NCBI RefSeq assembly: GCF_965196625.1
Contig: NZ_OZ239769.1
Location: forward strand, 1,050,001-1,082,000
Direction: 5' to 3'
From: Candidatus Saccharimonadota bacterium
Lineage (GTDB): Bacteria > Bacteroidota > Bacteroidia > Cytophagales > Amoebophilaceae
DNA: 32,000 nt
Below, one piece after another: positions 11,201 through 18,620 of the stretch. The first letter of the stretch is position 1. Each line of letters begins with the position of its first letter. The notes below the pieces were generated by a model that saw only the letters and a program-made list of their open reading frames with translations, did not search any database and was not told the origin of the DNA. Position numbers and translations under genes: made by a program.

Positions 11201-11817
11201 TCCATGACTATGTTTCCAAAGTATCTATCCAAGAAGATCCTATTGACCTAAAAACGATTTCAGGTTTGTTATTATTATTACGGAAACATTTTGGCTTTAA
11301 GCGGCATAACTCTGGTCAATTATTGTATGTACGTGCAGTAGGGATTGCCGAGTTAGTGGTAGAATGGGTTTTTCACTCTCCTAAAGTGGTTTATGCTTCT
11401 TTGCTTTATGAGTTGGTGCGGCATACTTGTTTGCCGATTTCTTATATCAAAAAACATTATAATTTAGGGGTTTATACCTTTGTATTAAACCTGGTAAATA
11501 TAGATAAACGCCAAGACTTAGATCATGCCTCTTTACTTTATGTAAAAAATAGATTAAAGGAAGCAATTAAAAAAGATCACGTACAGCTTTCTGTTCTATT
11601 TATAAAATTGGCTGAACGACTCTATGACTTACGTCATGCAGCGGGTTATATTTATCTAACAGAGGTTCAGCATATGGCGCAAGAAACCTTGGCCATAGAT
11701 GTGGAGATAGCGAATAAATACTTGGGTACAGAAATAGGAATCGCTTTAGAAAAAGCGGCTAAAAAGGCATTGGCGTTTTGTGAAAAAACAAATAAAGCAA
11801 AAGGAAAAGAGGGTTAA
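8254..11817 (+). CDS. multidomain membrane protein: sodium:solute symporter (SSF) domain, second TM bundle, degenerate HATPase_c-like region, degenerate RelA/SpoT-type HD domain
   Basis: SSF-like polytopic region at about 8254-9660. A further block of about six hydrophobic helices lies at about 9780-10260. IIEAHYGYLEA...AMLLVLP (about 10670-11100) resembles a histidine-kinase ATPase G2 region and C-terminus. The stretch 11248-11760 aligns with the SpoT HD domain (details in findings). Confidence 0.8.
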   Translation: MIPFNISLFVVVSFLLLTLVVGIYFSRKKTTFQEYATGNKQFSTATLVATVLATNYGGSGLLRVVESIYDAGLWWIVYMILASFTYWIISRLAIRMGPFMHHLSMAETIGIYGRYPRMVTALICVCGSIIVITSQITAMSQAIHMCLRSINPVIVTILSTLLLIFYSTFGGVRAVTFTDVLQFITFSIIIPILAWFMFVQAGKPVSEVVSLLQSQPKFQFSNLFQFNTQLMNLVLLLLSCLISVINPQVVQRVYMASDPIQARKVYAYATVFSFLIISCIILVSLFVFAGASDLSTAAVWAYIGVHIPPLFKGFLAIALFAMAMSTADSCLNVCSVMISHDVVIMIQKEKSIPDVRQLKIARWTTLAVGLSAMLIAFQCNDLLKLMYWSIYCSVPMTIPPFILVVFGFRGTSRTALIGMAIGLLTILAWNKWIKPATGVDGSLFAAVANGLSMIAAHYLFKQPEGAGWVGPDDTFKQIQQANARKHAERKEAIKNTLNNRKITLSKLVPSRSIMVCIGIYTTLTNFLSYFIVRIINHGSSLIFQLFISAFFLGYPFLHDAFKKIRSIPKWCIGLIWFLWLAVYFPKNLIWNWWNMVDPVFTTFLFLTHCTVILWVLPMYIGVGIVVATIVLSIYPITTVWSFTLLSSLLPLFIVSLLLMFAVMICFKMKIGNITTQNIYLKNQENIRKSQQLKACLYDTAMVPSNGTTPPKGYGAILNQVVGKIEESISFLDDKTLLYKQDLQSIINKFYDWIAYFNRREKSKDHALLQPTKITFDKLIHKVEVALSQEVIDPPRILLEKTNDAHKILSIICDINQIVYLLVQSVLRVGKIENDIPPVVRIQLHPTTLHFIQADPIDNSHPTFMNFKATALVISHSTVDAKTLPKVKKQYNNLMDYMGPKGKQEVPPSIDLQQQTISTIIEAHYGYLEAPDDASKKAMLLVLPNRITDILSKMATTLPIDALTSNAPVTPKEQADSIMLLMQFHDYVSKVSIQEDPIDLKTISGLLLLLRKHFGFKRHNSGQLLYVRAVGIAELVVEWVFHSPKVVYASLLYELVRHTCLPISYIKKHYNLGVYTFVLNLVNIDKRQDLDHASLLYVKNRLKEAIKKDHVQLSVLFIKLAERLYDLRHAAGYIYLTEVQHMAQETLAIDVEIANKYLGTEIGIALEKAAKKALAFCEKTNKAKGKEG

Positions 11818-11899
11818 CAGGAGGGATAAGCACTAAGATGCCTTTGGCATGCTGGTGCCTCCCCGCCCTTAAAAATTCAGCGCACAGTAAAAATACAGC

Positions 11900-12262
11900 T
11901 TACAAGTGATCCATAATTTCTTCCTGCTCTGTTACTGGATTATTGATTTTGCCACGTAGGATAAATACCATAAGCATAAACATTACAAGGCAAAAAATTG
12001 CCACCAGAACAAAGCCAAGATAAGGGCTAGCACATACTAAATTCAACCAACAAGCCAATCCAAGAAATAAGAAACACAACCCTAAAGCAAGCAATATAAA
12101 AGAGAGGCAAACCAGCAAAAACACCTGTGCTATTTTCTTAGCTTGGGCCCTAAGATTATGTCGGAATGTATAAGCAACCATATCCAACTTTTGCCTTACC
12201 ATCTCTACTATACAAGCAATACCCAGTAGCTTACATAGCATTTTTACCATCCTAAAAAACAT
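11900..12262 (-). CDS. small two-TM membrane protein, Holin-X / YqjE (DUF1469)-like
   Basis: A 120-aa ORF with an amphipathic helix followed by two long hydrophobic helices and a basic tail. The architecture matches proteins usually annotated as phage holin family protein. There are no diagnostic catalytic motifs. Confidence 0.45.
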   Translation of the reverse strand: MFFRMVKMLCKLLGIACIVEMVRQKLDMVAYTFRHNLRAQAKKIAQVFLLVCLSFILLALGLCFLFLGLACWLNLVCASPYLGFVLVAIFCLVMFMLMVFILRGKINNPVTEQEEIMDHL

Positions 12263-12337
12263 TGTATAAAAATAAGCTAAAAATTAAAAACCAACTTTGG
12301 TCAATTTAATAAACAAAAGCATATAATAGCAACCATC

Positions 12338-13060
12338 TTACTTCTTAGTAACACTAATCGACATCTTGGTTCTACTGACACTATGCGCATTAAAAAAAGA
12401 GCGATTAACGTCCAGATCATTTTTACAAAACCTGGCATAGACATATCCAACCAGTGCACCAGCTAATTGCGCCAAATAATAACCCGTATGTTGGGTGGGC
12501 AAATGCATAAGCGTGATCACAAGTAAAACAAAGGCAACATACCTTAATGGCAAAGAGAAAAAAAAGCAATATAACCGTAAACTAGGCATCAAAACACAAA
12601 CAGCAACCATTATGGCATAAATGGCTGCGGAAGGGCCGGTAAGATGGGTAACAATACCCCTAAAGGGTGGAGAAAACTGATATAGTGTGCAAAAAACAAT
12701 GGCACCCACGATCTGCCCTAAAAAATAAAGGCGCAATATATGCTTTGAACGTGTAACCGCTCGTATTCTTTGACCAAAAAGGTACAGTATAAACATATCC
12801 CAAAACAAATCTATAAAACCTTTGTGTATAAAAGAGTATGTAATAATGGCCCATGGCCGCTCTAATAACAACGGATAAAGAGAAGGAAAAGTCAGCTGTG
12901 TATACAGCCATGTGCCATGATCCTGATAACCACAGATATAACATCCAGTATTAAACAAAAACAAAAAGAAAAAGCTTAAAACATGTATTAAAATTAGTTT
13001 TATAAACCCATTTCCAGACTGTTTAAATTGATTCCGAAGATAATCGTAAATTATATGCAT
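12338..13060 (-). CDS. rhomboid family membrane protein, probably catalytically inactive
   Basis: The motifs WAIITYSFIHKGF...LYLFG, GPSAAIYA and LAQLAGALVGY align to rhomboid TM2, TM4 and TM6 motifs. I chose the ATG at 13060 because the tracked start at 13066 is a TTG. Confidence 0.8.
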   Translation of the reverse strand: MHIIYDYLRNQFKQSGNGFIKLILIHVLSFFFLFLFNTGCYICGYQDHGTWLYTQLTFPSLYPLLLERPWAIITYSFIHKGFIDLFWDMFILYLFGQRIRAVTRSKHILRLYFLGQIVGAIVFCTLYQFSPPFRGIVTHLTGPSAAIYAIMVAVCVLMPSLRLYCFFFSLPLRYVAFVLLVITLMHLPTQHTGYYLAQLAGALVGYVYARFCKNDLDVNRSFFNAHSVSRTKMSISVTKK

Positions 13061-13473
13061 AACCAAAAAAATTAATAAAAATTACCCAATCAAAAATTAT
13101 TCAATGCGTGCACAAAAGTTAATACCTCTATCAATGGTTAATCGGTATAAACCATAAGATTGATTCTAGGTACCACTTAAGATTAGTTAATTTATAAAAA
13201 TGGATAGTTATCTTCAGGTAATATTACTATCAGCATACCATAAAAAACTCCTTATGTAAATATAAGTTTTTTCCTTATTATCGTGTTCATTGCATTATTT
13301 TTACTGTGTGCCAACTTGTTATCGGTAGACATAGGCGATGGAGTATTGGAAACGGAACTTCATAATGGTGTAGAATGCCTTACAAGAAACCTTCTAATTA
13401 TTAGAAATAATCAATATTAATGCCTATCTTCGCATGATGGGCCTTTAATAGGCAAGCAATGACAGTGAACCGT

Positions 13474-13505
13474 TTTGACAAAAGCCCATAATTTTTTTAA
13501 ATTTG
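13474..13505 (+). promoter_or_regulatory. Bacteroidetes-type promoter for the rpsL operon (-33 TTTG, -7 TAnnTTTG)
   Basis: TTTG lies at 13474-13477 and TAAATTTG at 13498-13505, separated by 20 bp. The -7 element ends 38 bp upstream of the rpsL ATG. This matches the published Bacteroides sigma-A consensus. Confidence 0.4.
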
Positions 13506-13543
13506 CACACCTCTAGGTTTAAAATAAAAATTATAAGTAGTAC

Positions 13544-13921
13544 ATGTTAACCATACAGCAGCTCGTAAAAAAAGGGAGAAAAAAAGCTTCTTCCTCATCA
13601 AAATCTCCAGCACTTGCATCATGTCCGCAGCGGCGTGGCGTATGCATCAAGGTCTATACCATGAAGCCAAGAAAGCCAAACTCCTCTATGAAAAAAGTAG
13701 CTAGGGTACGTCTAACAACGGGTAAAGAAGTAAACACTTACATTCCTGGAGAAGGCCATAACCTACAGGAGCACTCTATCGTTCTAATCAGAGGAGGAGG
13801 GGTAAAAGACTTATCCGGTGTAAGCTACTCTGTTATCCGTGGTGTATTAGATACTTCCGGTGTGAATGGAAGGTGTCAAGGAAGGTCTGTATATGGAGCC
13901 AAGAAGCCTAAAAAGAAATAA
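13544..13921 (+). CDS. rpsL: 30S ribosomal protein S12 (unusually divergent)
   Basis: The conserved segments [43 protein letters not shown] and VKDL are present. Confidence 0.97.
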   Translation: MLTIQQLVKKGRKKASSSSKSPALASCPQRRGVCIKVYTMKPRKPNSSMKKVARVRLTTGKEVNTYIPGEGHNLQEHSIVLIRGGGVKDLSGVSYSVIRGVLDTSGVNGRCQGRSVYGAKKPKKK

Positions 13922-14030
13922 AATTTTAAGTAGGTGTCTCATGTAGTTGCCCTATTCGCTACAGGGTTGTAGCAACCGGTATAAAATTTAAGCAGCTACA
14001 CAGCGCATTAATTTCAGTGAAAGAAATAAT

Positions 14031-14501
14031 ATGAGAAGAAAACAAGCTATAAAAAGAGTACTAGCACCCGACTATAAATATGGCGATCCGCTTGTAACGA
14101 GGTTTGTAAACGGATTGATGCAGCGAGGCAAAAAAAGCCTTGCGTTTAGCATTTTTTATGATACCATTGAATCAGTCTCCCAAAAAACAAAAGAAGAAGG
14201 GTTAGAGGTTTGGCGCAAGGCACTTCATAACGTAACCCCTACCTTAGAAGTCAAGCGGCGGCGTGTGGGCGGGGCTACCCTGCAAGTGCCCATTGAAATA
14301 AGACCAGATAGAAGGGTGTTTTTAGGCATGAAATGGCTCATTGACTATGCAAGATCCCGTGGCGAAAAGACTATGAAAGAAAGGCTTACCAATGAAATTA
14401 TTTCAGCGGCTAAGGAAGAAGGCGCTGCTTTTAAGCGCAAGGTAGATACCCATAAGATGGCCAGTTCAAATAGAGCCTTCTCACATTTTAATCTGAGATA
14501 A
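14031..14501 (+). CDS. rpsG: 30S ribosomal protein S7
   Basis: The segments RRVGGATLQVPIEIRPDR and ANRAFSHF are present, the length is 156 aa, and the gene sits between rpsL and fusA. Confidence 0.97.
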   Translation: MRRKQAIKRVLAPDYKYGDPLVTRFVNGLMQRGKKSLAFSIFYDTIESVSQKTKEEGLEVWRKALHNVTPTLEVKRRRVGGATLQVPIEIRPDRRVFLGMKWLIDYARSRGEKTMKERLTNEIISAAKEEGAAFKRKVDTHKMASSNRAFSHFNLR

Positions 14502-16643
14502 ATGGCAAACGAACTAACCTTTCTAAGAAATATAGGCATCATGGCCCATATTGATGCTGGTAAAACAACCACCACTGAGCGCATTTTATATTATACAGGT
14601 TTAACCCACAAAATAGGAGAAGTACATGATGGAGGAGCTGTAATGGATTGGATGGCTCAAGAGCAAGAGCGGGGCATTACCATTACCTCTGCTGCCACTA
14701 CTACATTTTGGAAATATCCCACCATACAGGGAAAAGCAAACGACACCACCCAAACTTACAAAGTTAACATCATTGATACACCTGGCCACGTTGACTTTAC
14801 AGTCGAGGTAGAACGCTCTTTACGCGTATTGGATGGTGCAGTTGCTTTATTTTGCGCCGTATCTGGTGTAGAGCCTCAATCTGAAACGGTTTGGCGCCAA
14901 GCCGACAAGTACAGGGTACCCCGTATCTGTTTTGTAAACAAAATGGATAGAGCCGGTGCCAACTTTTTCAATGCCCTACACGAAATCAAAGAAAAACTAG
15001 GTGCCAATCCTGTTCCCTTGCAAATTCCCATTGGAAGCGAAGCTTCATTTAAGGGAGTAGTCGATTTGATTACCAATGAAGCCATCGTGTGGAACGAGCA
15101 TGACTTAGGTATGACCTACGAGGTAATACCTATTCCAGACGATTTAGTAGAAACGACCCAGGAGTGGCGTCAAAAGCTGATTGAAAGTGTAGCCAGCTAT
15201 GACGAAGCATTAATGGAAAAGTTCTTTGACAATCCAGATACGATTACACCAGACGAAATGAGATCCGCCATTCGCAAAGCGGTTATTGACCTCTCTTTTT
15301 CGCCTGTTCTCTGCGGCTCTGCTTTTAAAAATAAAGGCGTTCAAGCATTATTGGATGCCGCATGTGCCTACCTCCCCTCTCCATTGGATCTACCCCCAGT
15401 AGAATGCACCCATCCAGACACTGAAGCAGTCATGCTACGCAAACCAGAAAATAGCGAACCATTTACCGCATTAGCCTTTAAAATTGCGACAGATCCTTTT
15501 GTCGGCAGGCTGGCCTTTTTGCGTGTCTATTCGGGCACTTTAGATGCTGGCTCCTATGTGCACAACAATAGAACCGGAAAAAAAGAGCGGATTGCACGTC
15601 TGATGCAGATGCATGCCAATAAGCAAAACCCGATTAATGCAGTACAAGCAGGAGACATTTGCGCAGTAGTAGGCTTTAAAGAGATTAAAACAGGAGATAC
15701 CTTAACGAGTGAAAAGGATAAAGCTATACTAGAAGCCATTACCTTTCCAGAGCCCGTTATTGGTTACTCTATTGAGCCCAAAAAGCAGGCAGACCAAGAT
15801 AAGTTAACCCTATCTATTGCGAAGCTTATGGAAGAGGATCCAACTTTGCGCATGGAAACCAACCAGGAAACAGGTCAAACCATTCTAAAAGGAATGGGTG
15901 AGCTCCATCTAGAGATTATTATTGACCGACTAAAGCGTGAATTTAAACTTGAAATCAACCAAGGTGCCCCACAAGTGGCTTATAAAGAAACGCTGACCGC
16001 TACAATAGAGCACAAGGAAGTCTACAAAAAGCAAACAGGCGGCAGGGGTAAATTCGCCGATATTGTTTTTGAGATAGGACCTAAAGAAGTTATTGAAGGC
16101 GAGCCCATTCAGCCAGGGTTAGAGTTTGTGAATAAGATTGTTGGAGGGGTTATTCCGAAGGAGTTTATTCCAGCCATTCAAAAAGGGTTTACAGCCGCCA
16201 TGGAGAATGGTCCATTAGCAAACTATCCTGTAGAATCGATGCGGGTTAAAATCTTCCATGGCTCCTACCATGATGTGGACTCAGACTCTTTATCTTTCGA
16301 ATTATGCGCGAGAGCTGGATTCAGGGCAGCGGCACAAAAAGCCTCTCCTGTACTTTTGGAGCCTATTATGTCTGTAGAAGTAGCTACGCCTAATGAGTTT
16401 ACAGGTCCCGTAACAGGAGACCTCAATAGAAGAAGAGGCATTATGAAAGGGATGACTGGAAAAGGTGGCGCGCAAATGGTTAAAGCAGATGTTCCGCTTG
16501 CCGAGTTATTTGGTTATGTTACAGATCTTAGAACCATTACCTCAGGTAGGGCCTCTGCCTCATTAACTTTTTCGCATTACGAAGCTGTCCCCAAAAACCT
16601 AGCAGAAGCCATTATTAACAAAGCAAAAGGCATAACCGTATAG
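14502..16643 (+). CDS. fusA: elongation factor G
   Basis: The G-domain motifs [20 protein letters not shown] and NKMD are present and the length is 713 aa. The ATG directly abuts the rpsG stop (TAAATG). Confidence 0.98.
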   Translation: MANELTFLRNIGIMAHIDAGKTTTTERILYYTGLTHKIGEVHDGGAVMDWMAQEQERGITITSAATTTFWKYPTIQGKANDTTQTYKVNIIDTPGHVDFTVEVERSLRVLDGAVALFCAVSGVEPQSETVWRQADKYRVPRICFVNKMDRAGANFFNALHEIKEKLGANPVPLQIPIGSEASFKGVVDLITNEAIVWNEHDLGMTYEVIPIPDDLVETTQEWRQKLIESVASYDEALMEKFFDNPDTITPDEMRSAIRKAVIDLSFSPVLCGSAFKNKGVQALLDAACAYLPSPLDLPPVECTHPDTEAVMLRKPENSEPFTALAFKIATDPFVGRLAFLRVYSGTLDAGSYVHNNRTGKKERIARLMQMHANKQNPINAVQAGDICAVVGFKEIKTGDTLTSEKDKAILEAITFPEPVIGYSIEPKKQADQDKLTLSIAKLMEEDPTLRMETNQETGQTILKGMGELHLEIIIDRLKREFKLEINQGAPQVAYKETLTATIEHKEVYKKQTGGRGKFADIVFEIGPKEVIEGEPIQPGLEFVNKIVGGVIPKEFIPAIQKGFTAAMENGPLANYPVESMRVKIFHGSYHDVDSDSLSFELCARAGFRAAAQKASPVLLEPIMSVEVATPNEFTGPVTGDLNRRRGIMKGMTGKGGAQMVKADVPLAELFGYVTDLRTITSGRASASLTFSHYEAVPKNLAEAIINKAKGITV

Positions 16644-16654
16644 TAACCAAAAAT

Positions 16655-16960
16655 ATGAATCAAAAAATTCGCATCAAACTTAAGTCATTTGATCCTGTCC
16701 TTTTAGATAAATCGGCAGATAGCATCGTAAAGGCTGTAAAAGCTACCAAAACAGTAGTAAATGGCCCTATTCCACTTCCAGGTAAAAAAGAAGTCTATAC
16801 GGTACTCCGTTCTCCACATGTCAATAAAAAGTCGCGAGAACAGTTTCAACTTTTTACCCATAAAAGATTGATAGATATCTACTCCAGCAGTTCAAAGGCA
16901 GTAGATGCGTTAACCAAGCTGGAGCTGCCTAGTGGTGTAGAAGTGGAGATTAAAGTATAA
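16655..16960 (+). CDS. rpsJ: 30S ribosomal protein S10
   Basis: The segments [24 protein letters not shown] and [13 protein letters not shown] are present and the length is 101 aa. Confidence 0.97.
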   Translation: MNQKIRIKLKSFDPVLLDKSADSIVKAVKATKTVVNGPIPLPGKKEVYTVLRSPHVNKKSREQFQLFTHKRLIDIYSSSSKAVDALTKLELPSGVEVEIKV

Positions 16961-16993
16961 AAAATAGATGGTTCCTATGCCCCCCTCGCTTGC

Positions 16994-17078
16994 GGCCCTA
17001 GATAAATGAATTTGGCACACAGTAAAAATAATGCAACGAACGTTTTACTGAAAGCGCTAAATTCCTTTATCTAGGGCC
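16994..17078. repeat. long imperfect inverted repeat (about 85-nt hairpin; MITE/REP-like element or structured RNA)
   Basis: The arm ggccctagataaatgaattt (16994-17013) matches the reverse complement of 17059-17078 at 19 of 20 positions. A nested stem pairs cagtaaaa (17020-17027) with ttttactg (17043-17050). Two further hairpins follow at 17100-17119 (aatggg/cccatt) and 17126-17153 (an 11-bp perfect AT-rich stem). Confidence 0.6.
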
Positions 17079-17214
17079 ATTAGCACCTTAAGTTAGCGCA
17101 ATGGGAATAATCGCCCATTAAAATGATATTTTATTGGATAGTCAATAAAATATAACCATTAAGTTGGCGCCATCTCCTGAACGACAGATACCATTGTTTC
17201 TTTACTAAGCTAGT

Positions 17215-18495
17215 ATGCCCCTTACAATCTACCTCATCATTACATGGCTCATTGGCTTAGCCATCGGATGGTTGATCGCAAAAGCCTTGCATAACACACC
17301 CATTTCCAGCCTACAAGATAAAGTAGCCAGCCTAGAAAAACATTTAGCCGAAAGCCAGCAGCAATCCCATATTTTACAGGAAAAACATCTAACAATCAGT
17401 AAAGAACTCGCAACTTCCCTAGCGCATAACAGCCACTTAGAAAAAAAAATAAGTGAACAAGGCGCATCTGTAGACCAGCTACAAGCACAACTTACCATTC
17501 ATTTTAAAAACCTAGCCAATGAACTTTTAGAAGAAAAAAGTAAAAAGCTTTCAGACGATAGCCAGCGTCAAATGGCGCAGCTGCTCACCCCACTAAGTGA
17601 TAAAATTAATACCTTTTCGCAACAAGTAACGCAGTATAACCAAGAAAGCTTAGAAAGAAATGTAGCCTTACGGACAGAACTCAAACAACTCCATGACCTC
17701 AACCTAAAAATCACCCAAGAAGCAGCAGGACTCACCAAAGCCCTTAAAGGAGATTCAAAGCTACAAGGCGGATGGGGCGAGTTTATTTTAGAAAATATTC
17801 TCGAACAATCTGGATTGGTTAAGAATAGAGAATATCTAATACAACCCTCTATTACCACAGAAGATGGGCAAAGATTGCAGCCAGATGTGGTCGTTAACCT
17901 TCCAGAAGGCAGACATATTGTCATTGATGCAAAAGTATCTTTAATGCATTATGAACAATTTTTTAACAATGCCCATGCGCTCGAACGGGCTGCGCACCTA
18001 AAGCAACACATTCTTTCTATTAGACGCCATATTAAAACACTCAGCGAGAAGCAGTATCAATCGCTCTATAACCTACAAGGTTTAGACTTTGTTTTAATGT
18101 TTATACCCATTGAACCCGCCTTTGCACTAGCCGTTCAAGAAGAATCCATGCTCTTTAATGAGGCCTATGCCCGCAATATTGTTATCGTATCCCCTTCTAA
18201 TTTAATAGCCACCCTACGCACCATTGCAAATTTATGGCGACAAGCTTATCAAAATCAAAACGCTTTAGAAATTGCCACACAAGGCGGCGCTTTATATGAC
18301 AAATTTGTTACCTTTGTAGAAGATATTAAAAATATAGGGCGGCAATTGGATTTGACCCAAAAAAACTACTTAGAAGCAACTAAAAAACTATATGATGGCA
18401 AAGGAAACTTGGTATCCAGGGCACAAAAAATGAAATTACTAGGTGCCCGTACGAGTAAGGTTTTAGATCAACAACTTATAGATAAGGCTGAATAG
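17215..18495 (+). CDS. rmuC: DNA recombination protein RmuC
   Basis: An N-terminal TM helix and a long coiled-coil are followed by a C-terminal nuclease-like core (QPDVVVNLPEGRHIVIDAKVSL and VLMFIPIEPAF), which is typical of RmuC. Confidence 0.9.
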   Translation: MPLTIYLIITWLIGLAIGWLIAKALHNTPISSLQDKVASLEKHLAESQQQSHILQEKHLTISKELATSLAHNSHLEKKISEQGASVDQLQAQLTIHFKNLANELLEEKSKKLSDDSQRQMAQLLTPLSDKINTFSQQVTQYNQESLERNVALRTELKQLHDLNLKITQEAAGLTKALKGDSKLQGGWGEFILENILEQSGLVKNREYLIQPSITTEDGQRLQPDVVVNLPEGRHIVIDAKVSLMHYEQFFNNAHALERAAHLKQHILSIRRHIKTLSEKQYQSLYNLQGLDFVLMFIPIEPAFALAVQEESMLFNEAYARNIVIVSPSNLIATLRTIANLWRQAYQNQNALEIATQGGALYDKFVTFVEDIKNIGRQLDLTQKNYLEATKKLYDGKGNLVSRAQKMKLLGARTSKVLDQQLIDKAE

Positions 18496-18565
18496 AAAGG
18501 TGCTTAATAGACAGGAATTTTTCCATACAGTTGAATAGATACGTCAGAAAAACGCATGTATCTTT

Positions 18566-18614
18566 AACAAAGGAGTCAATTTTAAAAATATTTAACTCCT
18601 TTGTTGTATTTTTT
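18566..18614 (+). terminator. Rho-independent terminator downstream of rmuC (between convergent genes)
   Basis: A perfect 11-bp stem pairs aacaaaggagt (18566-18576) with actcctttgtt (18595-18605) around an 18-nt loop. It is followed by gtatttttt. Confidence 0.55.
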
Positions 18615-18620
18615 AAAATT

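Noticed and set aside
11884-11896. The 13-mer cacagtaaaaata (18/21 over a wider match) is shared between the 11818-11899 spacer and the hairpin element at 17018-17030, suggesting a dispersed repeat.
   Set aside because: By rough calculation, several exact 13-mer pairs (or 21-mers with 3 mismatches) are expected by chance in 32 kb of AT-rich DNA. The flanks do not align convincingly. A whole-genome repeat search is needed before any claim.
13392-13406. AT-rich palindrome ttctaat-t-attagaa upstream of rpsL, considered as a possible operator.
   Set aside because: Seven-bp arms in AT-rich DNA are expected by chance a few times per window, and there is no second copy or positional logic relative to the promoter.
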